Below are positions 17,248 through 26,504 of a stretch of 64,000 nt of DNA, piece after piece. The notes beneath the pieces were generated by a model. The model was not told the origin of the DNA. It did no database searches and worked only from the letters and a program-made list of their open reading frames with translations. The translations under genes were made by a program, and so were the position numbers. The stretch comes from Candidatus Moraniibacteriota bacterium (GTDB lineage: Bacteria; Patescibacteriota; Minisyncoccia; Moranbacterales; UBA1568): assembly GCA_963778555.1 (NCBI GenBank), contig CAVZUR010000005.1, positions 97,756 to 161,755 on the forward strand, written 5' to 3'. Every line of letters begins with the position of its first letter. Positions within the stretch are counted from its first letter, which is position 1.

Positions 17248-19388
17248 AAAAGATATCTTTCGTCGTCTATTATCCGTATCAGTGGTTTATCTATCGGAAT
17301 ATCTATAGACAGATACCGGCTGACAAGCGGGAAGTCATCGTTGATCTGAGCGATAATCCGGGACTTCAGGATGAGGAAGTAAGGATGAGCATCGCTTCTT
17401 TGCTTCAACGAGAGAGCGTTCCGTTTCGGGTCCTCGAGAAAGTGATTTGTTTCAATCGGAAACTGCTTCAGGATTTTTTCACTGATGTCGAGGTCATCGT
17501 ATCTTGCTGGGAAAACGGTTGCGTGTCGAACAATGCCCTGCGACATATTAAAAAAGTAAACGTGACTTACGGAATAGCCAAAGAATTGACGATGCTCCGG
17601 CCAACGCGTTCGATCTACGATGTCATATTGGCGTATGGCGCGCGTGATCAGCGGTATTTCGAATTGCTCACGAAATCCATAGCCATCGGTAATCCGCGAC
17701 TGGACAATTATTACCGTGGCATAGCTGATGATTCCATTCGGGAAAAACTGTCAAGATATTTCAAAGATAAAAAAAAGAAAACCATACTGTATGTTCCGAC
17801 TCACGGAGATCTCGGGTCATTTCATGAAATGTTACCTACGTTCGCACGGATATCGAGACAATATAATATCATTTTTAAGCCACACTATTATACTTTGAGG
17901 GAGGAGAAAGAGATTATAGAAAAGTACCGGCAGATAGAGTCGCTTTTGGTCATCGATGACACGTGGGACACGATTGAAGTTATGTCCGTAAGCGATATCA
18001 TCGTGAGCGATAACTCGAGCGCTATTTTCGATGCGATGCAGATCGATAAGCCGTTAATCGTATGTGATTTTCTGGATAATCAATTTATAGATACTATTCA
18101 TAAAAAAATCCGTCTTGCAAAAAAAGGAACGGGAATACTTACGGCGCTGACGTATTCAGACAGTTTGGAACAGGAGATAAAAAGAGGAGGTCTAGCAATG
18201 ACCATAAAAAAACCGAATGATATTGATGACCTTCTGGAAAACATAGATGACACAGACGGCCGGTATCGGGACTTTCGGAAAGAAATCGTTGCTGCGAATT
18301 TCAAATATGTTGATGGTCATTCGTCTGAAAGAGCTGTCGAGATCATTCTGCGAATATACGGCACGAAGAGGACGCATGTGCCGGGTATCCTGCACCATGC
18401 ATACCTCGCGTATAATAACCGAGCGTATCAATGGAGTATCGAATCTGAACACAAGGAAACTGTCCTTACGACTGTCCCGAGTACGACCATTGTCTGGATT
18501 TTCTGCGAGTTGCGTCAGAAGAATGATGAGATTATATGCACCATCTACTCAGCATTGAACGAAAAGGAGGTCACCACAGTCTGTGTTTCGGGGAGTGTCG
18601 GAAAAGATGTGCGTGACACTCTTTCACGGAGTGAATTCTCTGACAGGATTATATTTTTTGAAAATCATGCAGACGGGATAAATCTTGTTTATTCGCGGCT
18701 CGGCATCTGCGATAACCTTCTTGTGGTGAAGGCGAATACTATTATCAAAGACTTGAATACGATATGTAACTTCAAAGTATCCTGTAAACGAGACATGATC
18801 TTTTTTTCTGAAAATATTGTTCCTTTTCCAGAAAATTGGGTAAGCCGACTCTTTTATCAGTTGAAATATGAGATGCTTGGCTTTCGGAGTCTGGCAATGA
18901 ATACGCTGCTCTCTATCCCGTATGAGTTGATCTGTGCTTCCGAAAAGTGCGCCGTTCTCATCGATAGTAAGGCCCTGCTTGCTGTTTCACCACGGCCGGT
19001 TGTAGACACTTTTATCTTCGAGTGGGTTCTTTCGTCTTTTATTAACATTGATTCATTGAAAAGTCAGGGTCGCGATTTTTATGGTACGCTCTGCGATGAT
19101 TATATCCTTATGCCGAATTTCTTCATGAATGGTAGCCGGTCGGCCAATGCGGATATTATTAACAAACTTGTGGCAAAAGGACTGATATTGAATGCTTTAG
19201 GTATCCCCATAAAGCGGTGGCCGGATAAAAAAATCGGTAAACTGCTGTGGAAAATCGCGACTGGCGACTTCAGGCGCTATCAACTCTTGAAATTGATACT
19301 GTTGAAGGTGCTCACTGTGAAAAAGCAAGTATTTCTCAGCAAAGCCCGTTCTTTTTTGGAGAAGGTTTACGCAGATGACGCCCCATAG
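17244..19388 (+). CDS. CDP-alcohol (glycerol/ribitol) phosphotransferase, TagB/TagF/TarL family, with a ~330-aa C-terminal extension
   Basis: 714 aa. ILYVPTHGD, FKPHYYT and VSDIIVSDNSSAIFDAMQIDKPLIVCDFLD match the Glyphos_transf pattern (YaPT.R / KpHp / DYSS..fD....KP). The C-terminal half is unassigned; it may be a degenerate GT-A-like region, but I could not confirm this. Confidence 0.7.
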   Translation: MKKISFVVYYPYQWFIYRNIYRQIPADKREVIVDLSDNPGLQDEEVRMSIASLLQRESVPFRVLEKVICFNRKLLQDFFTDVEVIVSCWENGCVSNNALRHIKKVNVTYGIAKELTMLRPTRSIYDVILAYGARDQRYFELLTKSIAIGNPRLDNYYRGIADDSIREKLSRYFKDKKKKTILYVPTHGDLGSFHEMLPTFARISRQYNIIFKPHYYTLREEKEIIEKYRQIESLLVIDDTWDTIEVMSVSDIIVSDNSSAIFDAMQIDKPLIVCDFLDNQFIDTIHKKIRLAKKGTGILTALTYSDSLEQEIKRGGLAMTIKKPNDIDDLLENIDDTDGRYRDFRKEIVAANFKYVDGHSSERAVEIILRIYGTKRTHVPGILHHAYLAYNNRAYQWSIESEHKETVLTTVPSTTIVWIFCELRQKNDEIICTIYSALNEKEVTTVCVSGSVGKDVRDTLSRSEFSDRIIFFENHADGINLVYSRLGICDNLLVVKANTIIKDLNTICNFKVSCKRDMIFFSENIVPFPENWVSRLFYQLKYEMLGFRSLAMNTLLSIPYELICASEKCAVLIDSKALLAVSPRPVVDTFIFEWVLSSFINIDSLKSQGRDFYGTLCDDYILMPNFFMNGSRSANADIINKLVAKGLILNALGIPIKRWPDKKIGKLLWKIATGDFRRYQLLKLILLKVLTVKKQVFLSKARSFLEKVYADDAP

Positions 19389-19454
19389 TTGTTGAAAGGA
19401 TGACCTAAGGCAGGACAACCAGACTTGAGAATTATGTGCTAGAATGGTCGTAAT

Positions 19455-20888
19455 TTGGCTGAAATGCCATCTCAGAATACATCAATTCCCTCAGATACGA
19501 TAACCGCACGCATCCCTATGGAGATGAAAGGAGTGATAAAGGATAATCAAAATCCTCGGGCCTCGATAGGCATTCTTTGCTCCTTCCTTCCGTTTTTTTT
19601 CGTCTTCGAAAAGGTCTATAAGAATTTGGAAAATGTTGAATTTATTCTTGATTTTACGACTCTCCCCATTGGAATTCCCTATCCAGAGTGGTATAAGGAA
19701 CGAATGCGAAAGTATTTTACAAATCAAAATGTTTATTTTCGCGATCTTGAAGCAAGCAATTTTACCCCGGCAGAGTTTTTTTCGAAATACCACACATTGG
19801 TAAGTGGATCTTTTGATGGTCTGATGGCGCATAAGTGCAATCAAACCAAAAAAAAAGTGCGAGTGATGTATGGCCTCGCCAAAGACCTCAATAGTTTTTC
19901 TCTCACAAATACGCATTTCGACCTGGTAGCATGTCCCTCGGAGTATGTCGCTAAGAGAATGCAAGATCTATGCGGTGTTCGTGTCGCGGTGACCGGTGAT
20001 CCCAAATATGATCGCTACATTCTTGATGCCTCGCCAACACCGCCAAGTATAGAGGAAATTCTAAAAGCGAGTCAGGGCAAGAAGATCGTCTTATTTGCTC
20101 CGACATGGGGGAATCTTTCATCTGAGAAAAGAATCCTCCCCGTTCTTGTGGAGCTATCTCAAAAATATACTGTTTTCTACAAGCCGCATCACATGACAAT
20201 GATATCCCAGTCAGAGGTCATTAAAGACTTCGACAGGATTTCGGATATTCACATAATCTGGGACGATGTGAGTTTCATGGATATGTTGAAGAAAGTCGAT
20301 GTGGTAATCACGGACAATAGCAGCGCTATATTTGACACCATCATTGTTAAAAAACCTCTAGTCCTTATTGATATCACGGTTGAGGGAAAATTTCCTTATG
20401 CAAAATCCCCATTCTATTCTTTTCGGGGGGGGAAATTCGGTGGTGTTTCTACATCACTTGAGAGTCTCGAGCAGGTAGTGAAGGTAGAGGGCCGGGAAAT
20501 TGCTCCAGTAGTACGGCTTTCAAAAAAATTGATTGAGGATACGTTGCCACCACTTGCGACTGCTATCGAAGCGGCAATTGAATCAGCCGGGGGGTTAATT
20601 TATTTGGAACGGCAAAAGCAGGTATTGAATGATTATTCGGGAGTGATTGACGGAAAAGCGGGGGAGCGCATTGCAAGTGAAATCCAATATATGGTCGATA
20701 ATTACGTAGAAGATTCCAAAAGCGCGCTTGAACCATATGTGTATGACTTTCAGCATAAAGTACGCGAGGAGGATCGGGACGTATTTGATTGGGAAAACCA
20801 GGATAGGTTGGATGAACAAAAGATATTGAACATACGGCGGTTACCAATGGTTGAAAAGGTTAAAAAAATCATAGAATTATTCTATTAG
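19455..20888 (+). CDS. CDP-alcohol phosphotransferase, TagB/TagF/TarL family (second copy)
   Basis: 477 aa. KKIVLFAPTWGN, VFYKPHHMT and VDVVITDNSSAIFDTIIVKKPLVLIDI. An ATG at 19464 is an alternative start. Confidence 0.7.
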   Translation: MAEMPSQNTSIPSDTITARIPMEMKGVIKDNQNPRASIGILCSFLPFFFVFEKVYKNLENVEFILDFTTLPIGIPYPEWYKERMRKYFTNQNVYFRDLEASNFTPAEFFSKYHTLVSGSFDGLMAHKCNQTKKKVRVMYGLAKDLNSFSLTNTHFDLVACPSEYVAKRMQDLCGVRVAVTGDPKYDRYILDASPTPPSIEEILKASQGKKIVLFAPTWGNLSSEKRILPVLVELSQKYTVFYKPHHMTMISQSEVIKDFDRISDIHIIWDDVSFMDMLKKVDVVITDNSSAIFDTIIVKKPLVLIDITVEGKFPYAKSPFYSFRGGKFGGVSTSLESLEQVVKVEGREIAPVVRLSKKLIEDTLPPLATAIEAAIESAGGLIYLERQKQVLNDYSGVIDGKAGERIASEIQYMVDNYVEDSKSALEPYVYDFQHKVREEDRDVFDWENQDRLDEQKILNIRRLPMVEKVKKIIELFY

Positions 20889-22860
20889 CATATGTCGAAG
20901 GGCCTGTCTGTTTCTGTCGTTATCCCTACTCTGAACGGCCTTCTTAAATCAGATATTGTTTTGTACAGTCTGGAAAGACAATCCTATCTCGTGAATATCG
21001 TCGAGGTGATCATCGTTGATGACGCATCGAACGATCCTGAAAAAAAAGTACGGTATGAACTGATACAGGATCGGTTCTCTCGTTTGAATGTCGTGGTGTT
21101 GTTTCATGAAAGGAATACCGGCCCCGCTGGTGCTCGCAATACCGGGGTAAAAAAAGCGAAGGGGGATGTGATTTTTTTTACCGACGATGATTGCGAATTG
21201 CCGTCGAACTGCATCGAAGAACATCTCAAGATATATGCTGCCCACCCCTCCGTCAGTAGTGTCGGCGGATGGTACAAACCGTATGATAACGATATTCGGG
21301 ACAGTCTCTATCAAACATACATGATGATTCATGTTCTGAATTATTCTTCCCTGTTCCATCAGTCGATCTCTTGTTCTCCCGAAGGTTTCGCATTTCCCGC
21401 GGTGAATACCGCCAATCTCTCAGTCCGACGGCACGTATTCAGTCAGGTTCAATTTGATGAAGATTTTACAACCCCCAGTTATGAGGACAGATTTTTCTCC
21501 GAAAGCATCCGGAGGGCTGGATATACCATGTACTACTTCCCCCTCTTCATTTTTCACCGAAAAAAATTGAATCTGAGAGGATTTATTCGACTTGCTATGA
21601 ATAAAGGGATGGGCCGGTATGTTTACTATGGGAAGCACGGAGTACTAGATTCTCAAGCGTTCGATGCCGTTCTGAGAAAGCGCGATTTGATCAGGCGATT
21701 ATCCTTGACTAACTCGCAGATCCGGAAAAGAAAATGGAGACTTTTTGTGTTAGTTTACGCATGGTATTTCCTGGAAAGTTCCCACATTATGAAAGGATAT
21801 TACGAGCGTGCATATGTCAGAAGAATGGGATATTATCCAGGTTCTCTGTAGGTATTGCGATGAGAGCAGCGGAGATAAAAAAATCATAGAATTATTCTAT
21901 TAGCATATGTCGAAGGGCCTGTCTGTTTCTGTCGTTATCCCTACTCTGAACGGCCTTCTTAAATCAGATATTGTTTTGTACAGTCTGGAAAGACAATCCT
22001 ATCTCGTGAATATCGTCGAGGTGATCATCGTTGATGACGCATCGAACGATCCTGAAAAAAAAGTACGGTATGAACTGATACAGGATCGGTTCTCTCGTTT
22101 GAATGTCGTGGTGTTGTTTCATGAAAGGAATACCGGCCCCGCTGGTGCTCGCAATACCGGGGTAAAAAAAGCGAAGGGGGATGTGATTTTTTTTACCGAC
22201 GATGATTGCGAATTGCCGTCGAACTGCATCGAAGAACATCTCAAGATATATGCTGCCCACCCCTCCGTCAGTAGTGTCGGCGGATGGTACAAACCGTATG
22301 ATAACGATATTCGGGACAGTCTCTATCAAACATACATGATGATTCATGATAGGAGCGCTTACGGAAATCTTCTTTACTACCCGTCCGCCTCTCGTCTCCC
22401 CGAGGAGTCTAAGTTCCCGGCGATAAATACCGCCAATCTCTCAGTCCGACGGCACGTATTCAGTCAGGTTCAATTTGATGAAGGCTTCATAGCACCGGGG
22501 TATGAAGATCTATTTTTCTCCGAAAGCATCCGGAGGGCTGGATATACCATGTACTACTTCCCCCTCTTCATTTTTCACCGAAAAAAATTGAATCTGAGAG
22601 GATTTATTCGACTTGCTATGAATAGAGGGATGGGCCGGTATGTTTACTATGGGAAGCACGGAGTACTAGATTCTCAAGCGTTCGATGCCGTTCTGAGAAA
22701 GCGCGATTTGATCAGGCGATTATCCTTGACTAACTCGCAGATCCGGAAAAGAAAATGGAGACTTTTTGTGTTAGTTTACGCATGGTATTTCCTGGGTAGC
22801 TCCAGCGTTATGAAAGGATATTACGAGCGTGCATATGTCAGAAGAATGGGATATTATCCA
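20861..22860 (+). repeat. Tandem duplication with a 1015-nt period (unit 1 at 20861-21839, unit 2 at 21876-22860)
   Basis: The duplicated unit begins with the last 30 nt of the upstream TagF-like gene (taaaaaaatcatagaattattctattagcatatg at 20861 and 21876). It is identical to 21333/22348 and diverges completely over 21334-21404 vs 22349-22425. A second patchy difference lies at ~21458-21495. Confidence 0.9.
20892..21851 (+). CDS. Family-2 glycosyltransferase (tandem copy 1)
   Basis: 319 aa. VSVVIPTLNG, IIVDDASND, GPAGARNTG and FFTDDDCEL (DxD) are the GT-A/GT2 hallmarks. Confidence 0.8.
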   Translation: MSKGLSVSVVIPTLNGLLKSDIVLYSLERQSYLVNIVEVIIVDDASNDPEKKVRYELIQDRFSRLNVVVLFHERNTGPAGARNTGVKKAKGDVIFFTDDDCELPSNCIEEHLKIYAAHPSVSSVGGWYKPYDNDIRDSLYQTYMMIHVLNYSSLFHQSISCSPEGFAFPAVNTANLSVRRHVFSQVQFDEDFTTPSYEDRFFSESIRRAGYTMYYFPLFIFHRKKLNLRGFIRLAMNKGMGRYVYYGKHGVLDSQAFDAVLRKRDLIRRLSLTNSQIRKRKWRLFVLVYAWYFLESSHIMKGYYERAYVRRMGYYPGSL

Positions 22861-22875
22861 AAATTTATTTCGTAA
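21907..22875 (+). CDS. Family-2 glycosyltransferase (tandem copy 2)
   Basis: 322 aa. The first 147 aa are identical to copy 1, followed by a replaced segment, then near-identity again. Confidence 0.8.
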   Translation: MSKGLSVSVVIPTLNGLLKSDIVLYSLERQSYLVNIVEVIIVDDASNDPEKKVRYELIQDRFSRLNVVVLFHERNTGPAGARNTGVKKAKGDVIFFTDDDCELPSNCIEEHLKIYAAHPSVSSVGGWYKPYDNDIRDSLYQTYMMIHDRSAYGNLLYYPSASRLPEESKFPAINTANLSVRRHVFSQVQFDEGFIAPGYEDLFFSESIRRAGYTMYYFPLFIFHRKKLNLRGFIRLAMNRGMGRYVYYGKHGVLDSQAFDAVLRKRDLIRRLSLTNSQIRKRKWRLFVLVYAWYFLGSSSVMKGYYERAYVRRMGYYPKFIS

Positions 22876-23065
22876 CAGTAGACTGACAGAAATTACCAGG
22901 AAACAAAGAAATGTACCCTGGGTGCGTCTTTCCCGTCTTAATGATTTGATGTGATATCTTGCCACGGCGCATCATATCTGATAGCTTGGAAACGTCCAAT
23001 TTGAACCATTGGAGACGTTCTTTGAACAATGCCTATTCTCAACCAACGTGCTGGAGGATAACATC

Positions 23066-24034
23066 ATGCACTCGTCTGTCTTTTGCACCTTCTTGGCTTT
23101 CTGCTTGGCGGTTACCCTGGTGTCGCAAGCTCTCGCTCAATCGAATCCGCCTATTCAGGTAGTGGTCCCTGCTCCGGCTGGGGGTCAACCGGACGTATTG
23201 GGACGACAAATAGTTCAGAGAATCAACGAGAAAACTAGCGAGACGTTTTTGGTTCTGAACAAACCGGGGGCAACTGGCATCATTGGAAACAGTTTCGTTG
23301 CGAAATCGCTGCCAGATGGACGCACTCTGCTCATCACACCCAAGAGCTATGTCGTCACTACGCCACATGTACATCTCAAGATGCCTTATGACTCCCTCGA
23401 CGATCTCGTGCCGGTTATCCAGACTGGGACCTATGTGTTTGTACTCGTGAGTCATCCGGGTATTCCGGCAAAAACGGTCAAGGAGTTGATTGCGTTCGCA
23501 AAATCAAAACCTGATGCACTTACCTTCGGTTCGCCGGGGGTGGGGAATTCGCTTCACATTTCTGGCGAGTTGTTCCAGCAGATGGCAAAGGTCAAGATGC
23601 TGCATGTGCCATTTGTCGGGGCTCCCGCCGCCCTCAACGCTCTCGTGGGCGGGCATATTGATCTGGCGTTTTCTAGCGTCTTGGCGGCGAAGCCATTAGC
23701 AGAAGCGGGGAAGATCCGGATTATTGCGGTCACGGGTCTGACGCGTGATTCATTGCTTCCGAATGTTCCGACCATTGATGAATCAGGATTGACGGGCTAT
23801 GAAATGGTCGACTGGAACGGTGTGTTTGTGCCAAAGGGGACGCCATCGAGCATGGTCGATTATTACAACGAGATGATCCACTCCATTCTCGTCACCCAGG
23901 AGATGAGGGACTTGTGGGGAAGTCAAGGAATACGGTTTACCCCAAACACGCCGGCACAGTTCAAAACCATCGTCAAAAATGACTATGACTATGTGGGTCA
24001 ACTGATACGAATAATCGGAATCAAGCCCGAGTAA
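23066..24034 (+). CDS. Bug/TctC-family periplasmic solute-binding protein (orphan)
   Basis: 322 aa from the ATG at 23066 (GGAGGA 8 nt upstream). Signal peptide CTFLAFCLAVTLVSQALAQ, then VVVPAPAGGQPDVLGRQI, VLNKPGATGIIG and PDGRTLLI, characteristic of tripartite tricarboxylate transporter receptor (Bug) proteins. No TctA/TctB genes are nearby. Confidence 0.7.
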   Translation: MHSSVFCTFLAFCLAVTLVSQALAQSNPPIQVVVPAPAGGQPDVLGRQIVQRINEKTSETFLVLNKPGATGIIGNSFVAKSLPDGRTLLITPKSYVVTTPHVHLKMPYDSLDDLVPVIQTGTYVFVLVSHPGIPAKTVKELIAFAKSKPDALTFGSPGVGNSLHISGELFQQMAKVKMLHVPFVGAPAALNALVGGHIDLAFSSVLAAKPLAEAGKIRIIAVTGLTRDSLLPNVPTIDESGLTGYEMVDWNGVFVPKGTPSSMVDYYNEMIHSILVTQEMRDLWGSQGIRFTPNTPAQFKTIVKNDYDYVGQLIRIIGIKPE

Positions 24035-24057
24035 ATTGCCAGTTGGGAAGCGGTAGC

Positions 24058-24095
24058 GGGTCACTGCAGAAGATGCGGTGACCCATTTTATTTTA
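24058..24095 (+). terminator. Rho-independent terminator after the Bug-family gene
   Basis: Stem gggtcac/gtgaccc (24058-24064 / 24078-24084) followed by attttatttta. Confidence 0.5.
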
Positions 24096-24116
24096 AGGCG
24101 GGAGTATTATATTCCG

Positions 24117-25430
24117 CTAATCTTCGATGAGTGACTCAAAAACAACATGCTTTCCATTCCTGATGCTATCTAGTGTTGGCACCTGGCGGACTTCAATTGA
24201 AAATTCTGGGAAGGTCTGAAAATGATATTTTACCCGGTCAAGAATTTCTTTGTCATGGAAGGGGCGGTAACTTGGACCAGGGATAAACTTCAGCAGAATT
24301 TTATTTACTGACTCCTGAATGATTTGTTGTTTAGCTACAATATTTGCAAATTTAAGATTGATACTATGTATAAGGGCAATGGCGGGGAATTTGCTTCCAT
24401 CAGGGAGCTTAATATTCTGTATTTCTCGTCCTTCGAAAAAGAGTCGGCGCGTGTCTAGGCCGCATGTACATATCTCAGTTGTCCATTTGCCGATATCTCC
24501 GATATCAAATCTGATGAGGGGCATGATTCGATTATTCAGAGTGGTGATGATAATTCTTCCTGTGACATTATTTTTGACGGGACGACCTTCGTCGTCGACT
24601 ATTTCTACATAGCAGCCCGCTGGATCGATATGAAAGCCACCACGTTCCGGGCACTCCAGTCCCAAGATTCCGACCTCAGCACAGACATACTTATTATAAA
24701 TCGCACACTGAAAAACCCTCTCTAAATGTCCTCTATCCACTGTGGTCAAATACTCTGACCCACTGAGTAGGAACTTTGGTTTGAATCGTAATTTCCCAGA
24801 CTCTATTTTTTCCGCCAGAGAAAGTAAGCGGTACAGAGTTCCACCTATTGAAGAGACGCGATCTAATAATTTTTGTAGCGTTGCGATGTCCGCATCTGCG
24901 GGAAAATATGTCACAAGATCTTCGAGATGAGGTTTTCCAGTGGCATAACCATACCGTCTGAAATCCCTGACGCCGCAAAAATTCACGTAAAATTCTTCAG
25001 CGGCCATCATTTTTTGAAAGTAGACTTTTTTAGCAAAGAATTTTTTCGGGATGCCTGTGGAGCCTGATGTCACAAAAGCTCTCAGTTTATACCTCCCGGC
25101 ATTTCGTGTGACCAATTCAGGTCCGTGTTTTAACAAAATTTCGCGCGTCAAGATGGGAAAACGCTCGAATTTATTTATGTCAAAGGTATCCTTTCGGGTG
25201 AGATGTTTTTCAACGCGTTTCCAATATGGAATGTCATGGCGTGCAGAACGAAGAAGGTGTTGTAATCTGTAGCGTTGGTATTCAGATATGTCCTCGGGAG
25301 TGAGCCGATGGAGCATAAAGAACGCCTTCATATACAAAGGATGAATGAAGAACTCAGAAGCCAGTATCCTAAAGATGACGCCCTTTTGAATTTGACGAAG
25401 TAGTTTGACCTTATTCAGGATTTTTTCCAT
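24117..25430 (-). CDS. Adenylate-forming enzyme, phenylacetate-CoA ligase / CapK (F390-synthetase-like) family
   Basis: 437 aa. VTSGSTGIPKKF (AMP-binding core motif T-S-G-S/T-T-G-x-P-K). Size and layout are typical of PaaK/CapK-type ligases found in capsule loci. Confidence 0.65.
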   Translation of the reverse strand: MEKILNKVKLLRQIQKGVIFRILASEFFIHPLYMKAFFMLHRLTPEDISEYQRYRLQHLLRSARHDIPYWKRVEKHLTRKDTFDINKFERFPILTREILLKHGPELVTRNAGRYKLRAFVTSGSTGIPKKFFAKKVYFQKMMAAEEFYVNFCGVRDFRRYGYATGKPHLEDLVTYFPADADIATLQKLLDRVSSIGGTLYRLLSLAEKIESGKLRFKPKFLLSGSEYLTTVDRGHLERVFQCAIYNKYVCAEVGILGLECPERGGFHIDPAGCYVEIVDDEGRPVKNNVTGRIIITTLNNRIMPLIRFDIGDIGKWTTEICTCGLDTRRLFFEGREIQNIKLPDGSKFPAIALIHSINLKFANIVAKQQIIQESVNKILLKFIPGPSYRPFHDKEILDRVKYHFQTFPEFSIEVRQVPTLDSIRNGKHVVFESLIED

Positions 25431-25472
25431 TCGATATTTTTCAAAAAAAACCAGATTCTATAGCACCGACCG

Positions 25473-26210
25473 TTATTTAGGTGTGTCTGGTTTTTGGTCG
25501 TATCCACGAGATATAGAACTGCCGCCGTCTACCGAATAGGCGGCTCCGGTGACATAAGAGCATTTATCCGAGGCCAAAAAAAATACTACATTGGCCACTT
25601 CTTCGGGCGTACCGAGTCGCTTCATCGGTAATCTGCCTACCGGAAAATTTTTTCGCAAAAAAGGAGTATCTGTCGGACCCGGACAAACGCAGTTTATCCT
25701 GACACCGTCAGCTGCATAGCGTGCCGCCATAGACTTGGTGAACATGACAACAGCTGCCTTTGACGCGCAGTACACTGGGAATTTTAAGTCTGGAACGAGT
25801 CCGAGTTGCGAAGCGATATTGATGATTGATCCCTTAGTTTTTTTGAGATGGGACAGCGTATGCTTCGTCACAAGGAAAGTGCCCGTCATGTTGATGTCAA
25901 AGATATCACGGTATTCTTCGAGAGAAAAATCAGGGATGTCGATTTGACCTTTATAGTTTACGCCAGCGCTGTTGATAACAATATCTATTTTCCCAAATTT
26001 TCTGTGCGTCGCGTCAACCATTTTTTTTACTGAGCCCTCATCTCGTATATCAGTCTCTATAAAAGTAATGATATTACTTTCTGGTTGTTCTCTGTTACGT
26101 TTGGACGCGATAACGACATTGGCTCCTGCATTCGTGAAAAGCTGAGTAATCGCCTCACCGATACCAGTGCCTCCGCCCACTATGATGACTGTTTTTTCAA
26201 ACATGTCCAT
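25473..26210 (-). CDS. Short-chain dehydrogenase/reductase (FabG-like)
   Basis: 245 aa. IIVGGGTGIGEA, NSAG and YCASKAAVVMFTKSMA (YxxxK). Confidence 0.8.
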   Translation of the reverse strand: MDMFEKTVIIVGGGTGIGEAITQLFTNAGANVVIASKRNREQPESNIITFIETDIRDEGSVKKMVDATHRKFGKIDIVINSAGVNYKGQIDIPDFSLEEYRDIFDINMTGTFLVTKHTLSHLKKTKGSIINIASQLGLVPDLKFPVYCASKAAVVMFTKSMAARYAADGVRINCVCPGPTDTPFLRKNFPVGRLPMKRLGTPEEVANVVFFLASDKCSYVTGAAYSVDGGSSISRGYDQKPDTPK

Positions 26211-26400
26211 AGTCCGTGTGCAAAATCTTTTAGCTTAATAAAGCCATTCTTGATTCAGTATATATCAATTCGATTTTGAAAATCAATCGTTCGGGTAAAC
26301 ACCTAGATTAAGTGCTCCGTATCTCCAGCATCGTGTGCAAATCCCGAGTATAGAATCATGGGAGGTTCATCTGCGCATGTATATCTTTGGGTGTAAGTTC

Positions 26401-26414
26401 GGGGGGGGGGGGGG
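26401..26414. repeat. G14 homopolymer in a divergent intergenic/promoter region
   Basis: ttc-GGGGGGGGGGGGGG-tagcc, 91 nt upstream of the ATG at 26505 and ~190 nt upstream of the minus-strand SDR start at 26210. Confidence 0.9.
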
Positions 26415-26504
26415 TAGCCTCGCATGATTTGAATCCTACTTGGTGTGGTCAACCGCCAATCATAGCCCATTTCAGTCTGATTTGGTAGGGTGAGGATAGT
26501 TAAT

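Noticed and set aside
8815-22860. Diversity-generating retroelement (TR/VR) as an explanation for the mosaic YcaO paralogs and the swapped GT2 cassette.
   Set aside because: No reverse transcriptase is present in the window. The divergent blocks are wholly different sequences of different length, not adenine-specific substitutions between otherwise identical repeats.
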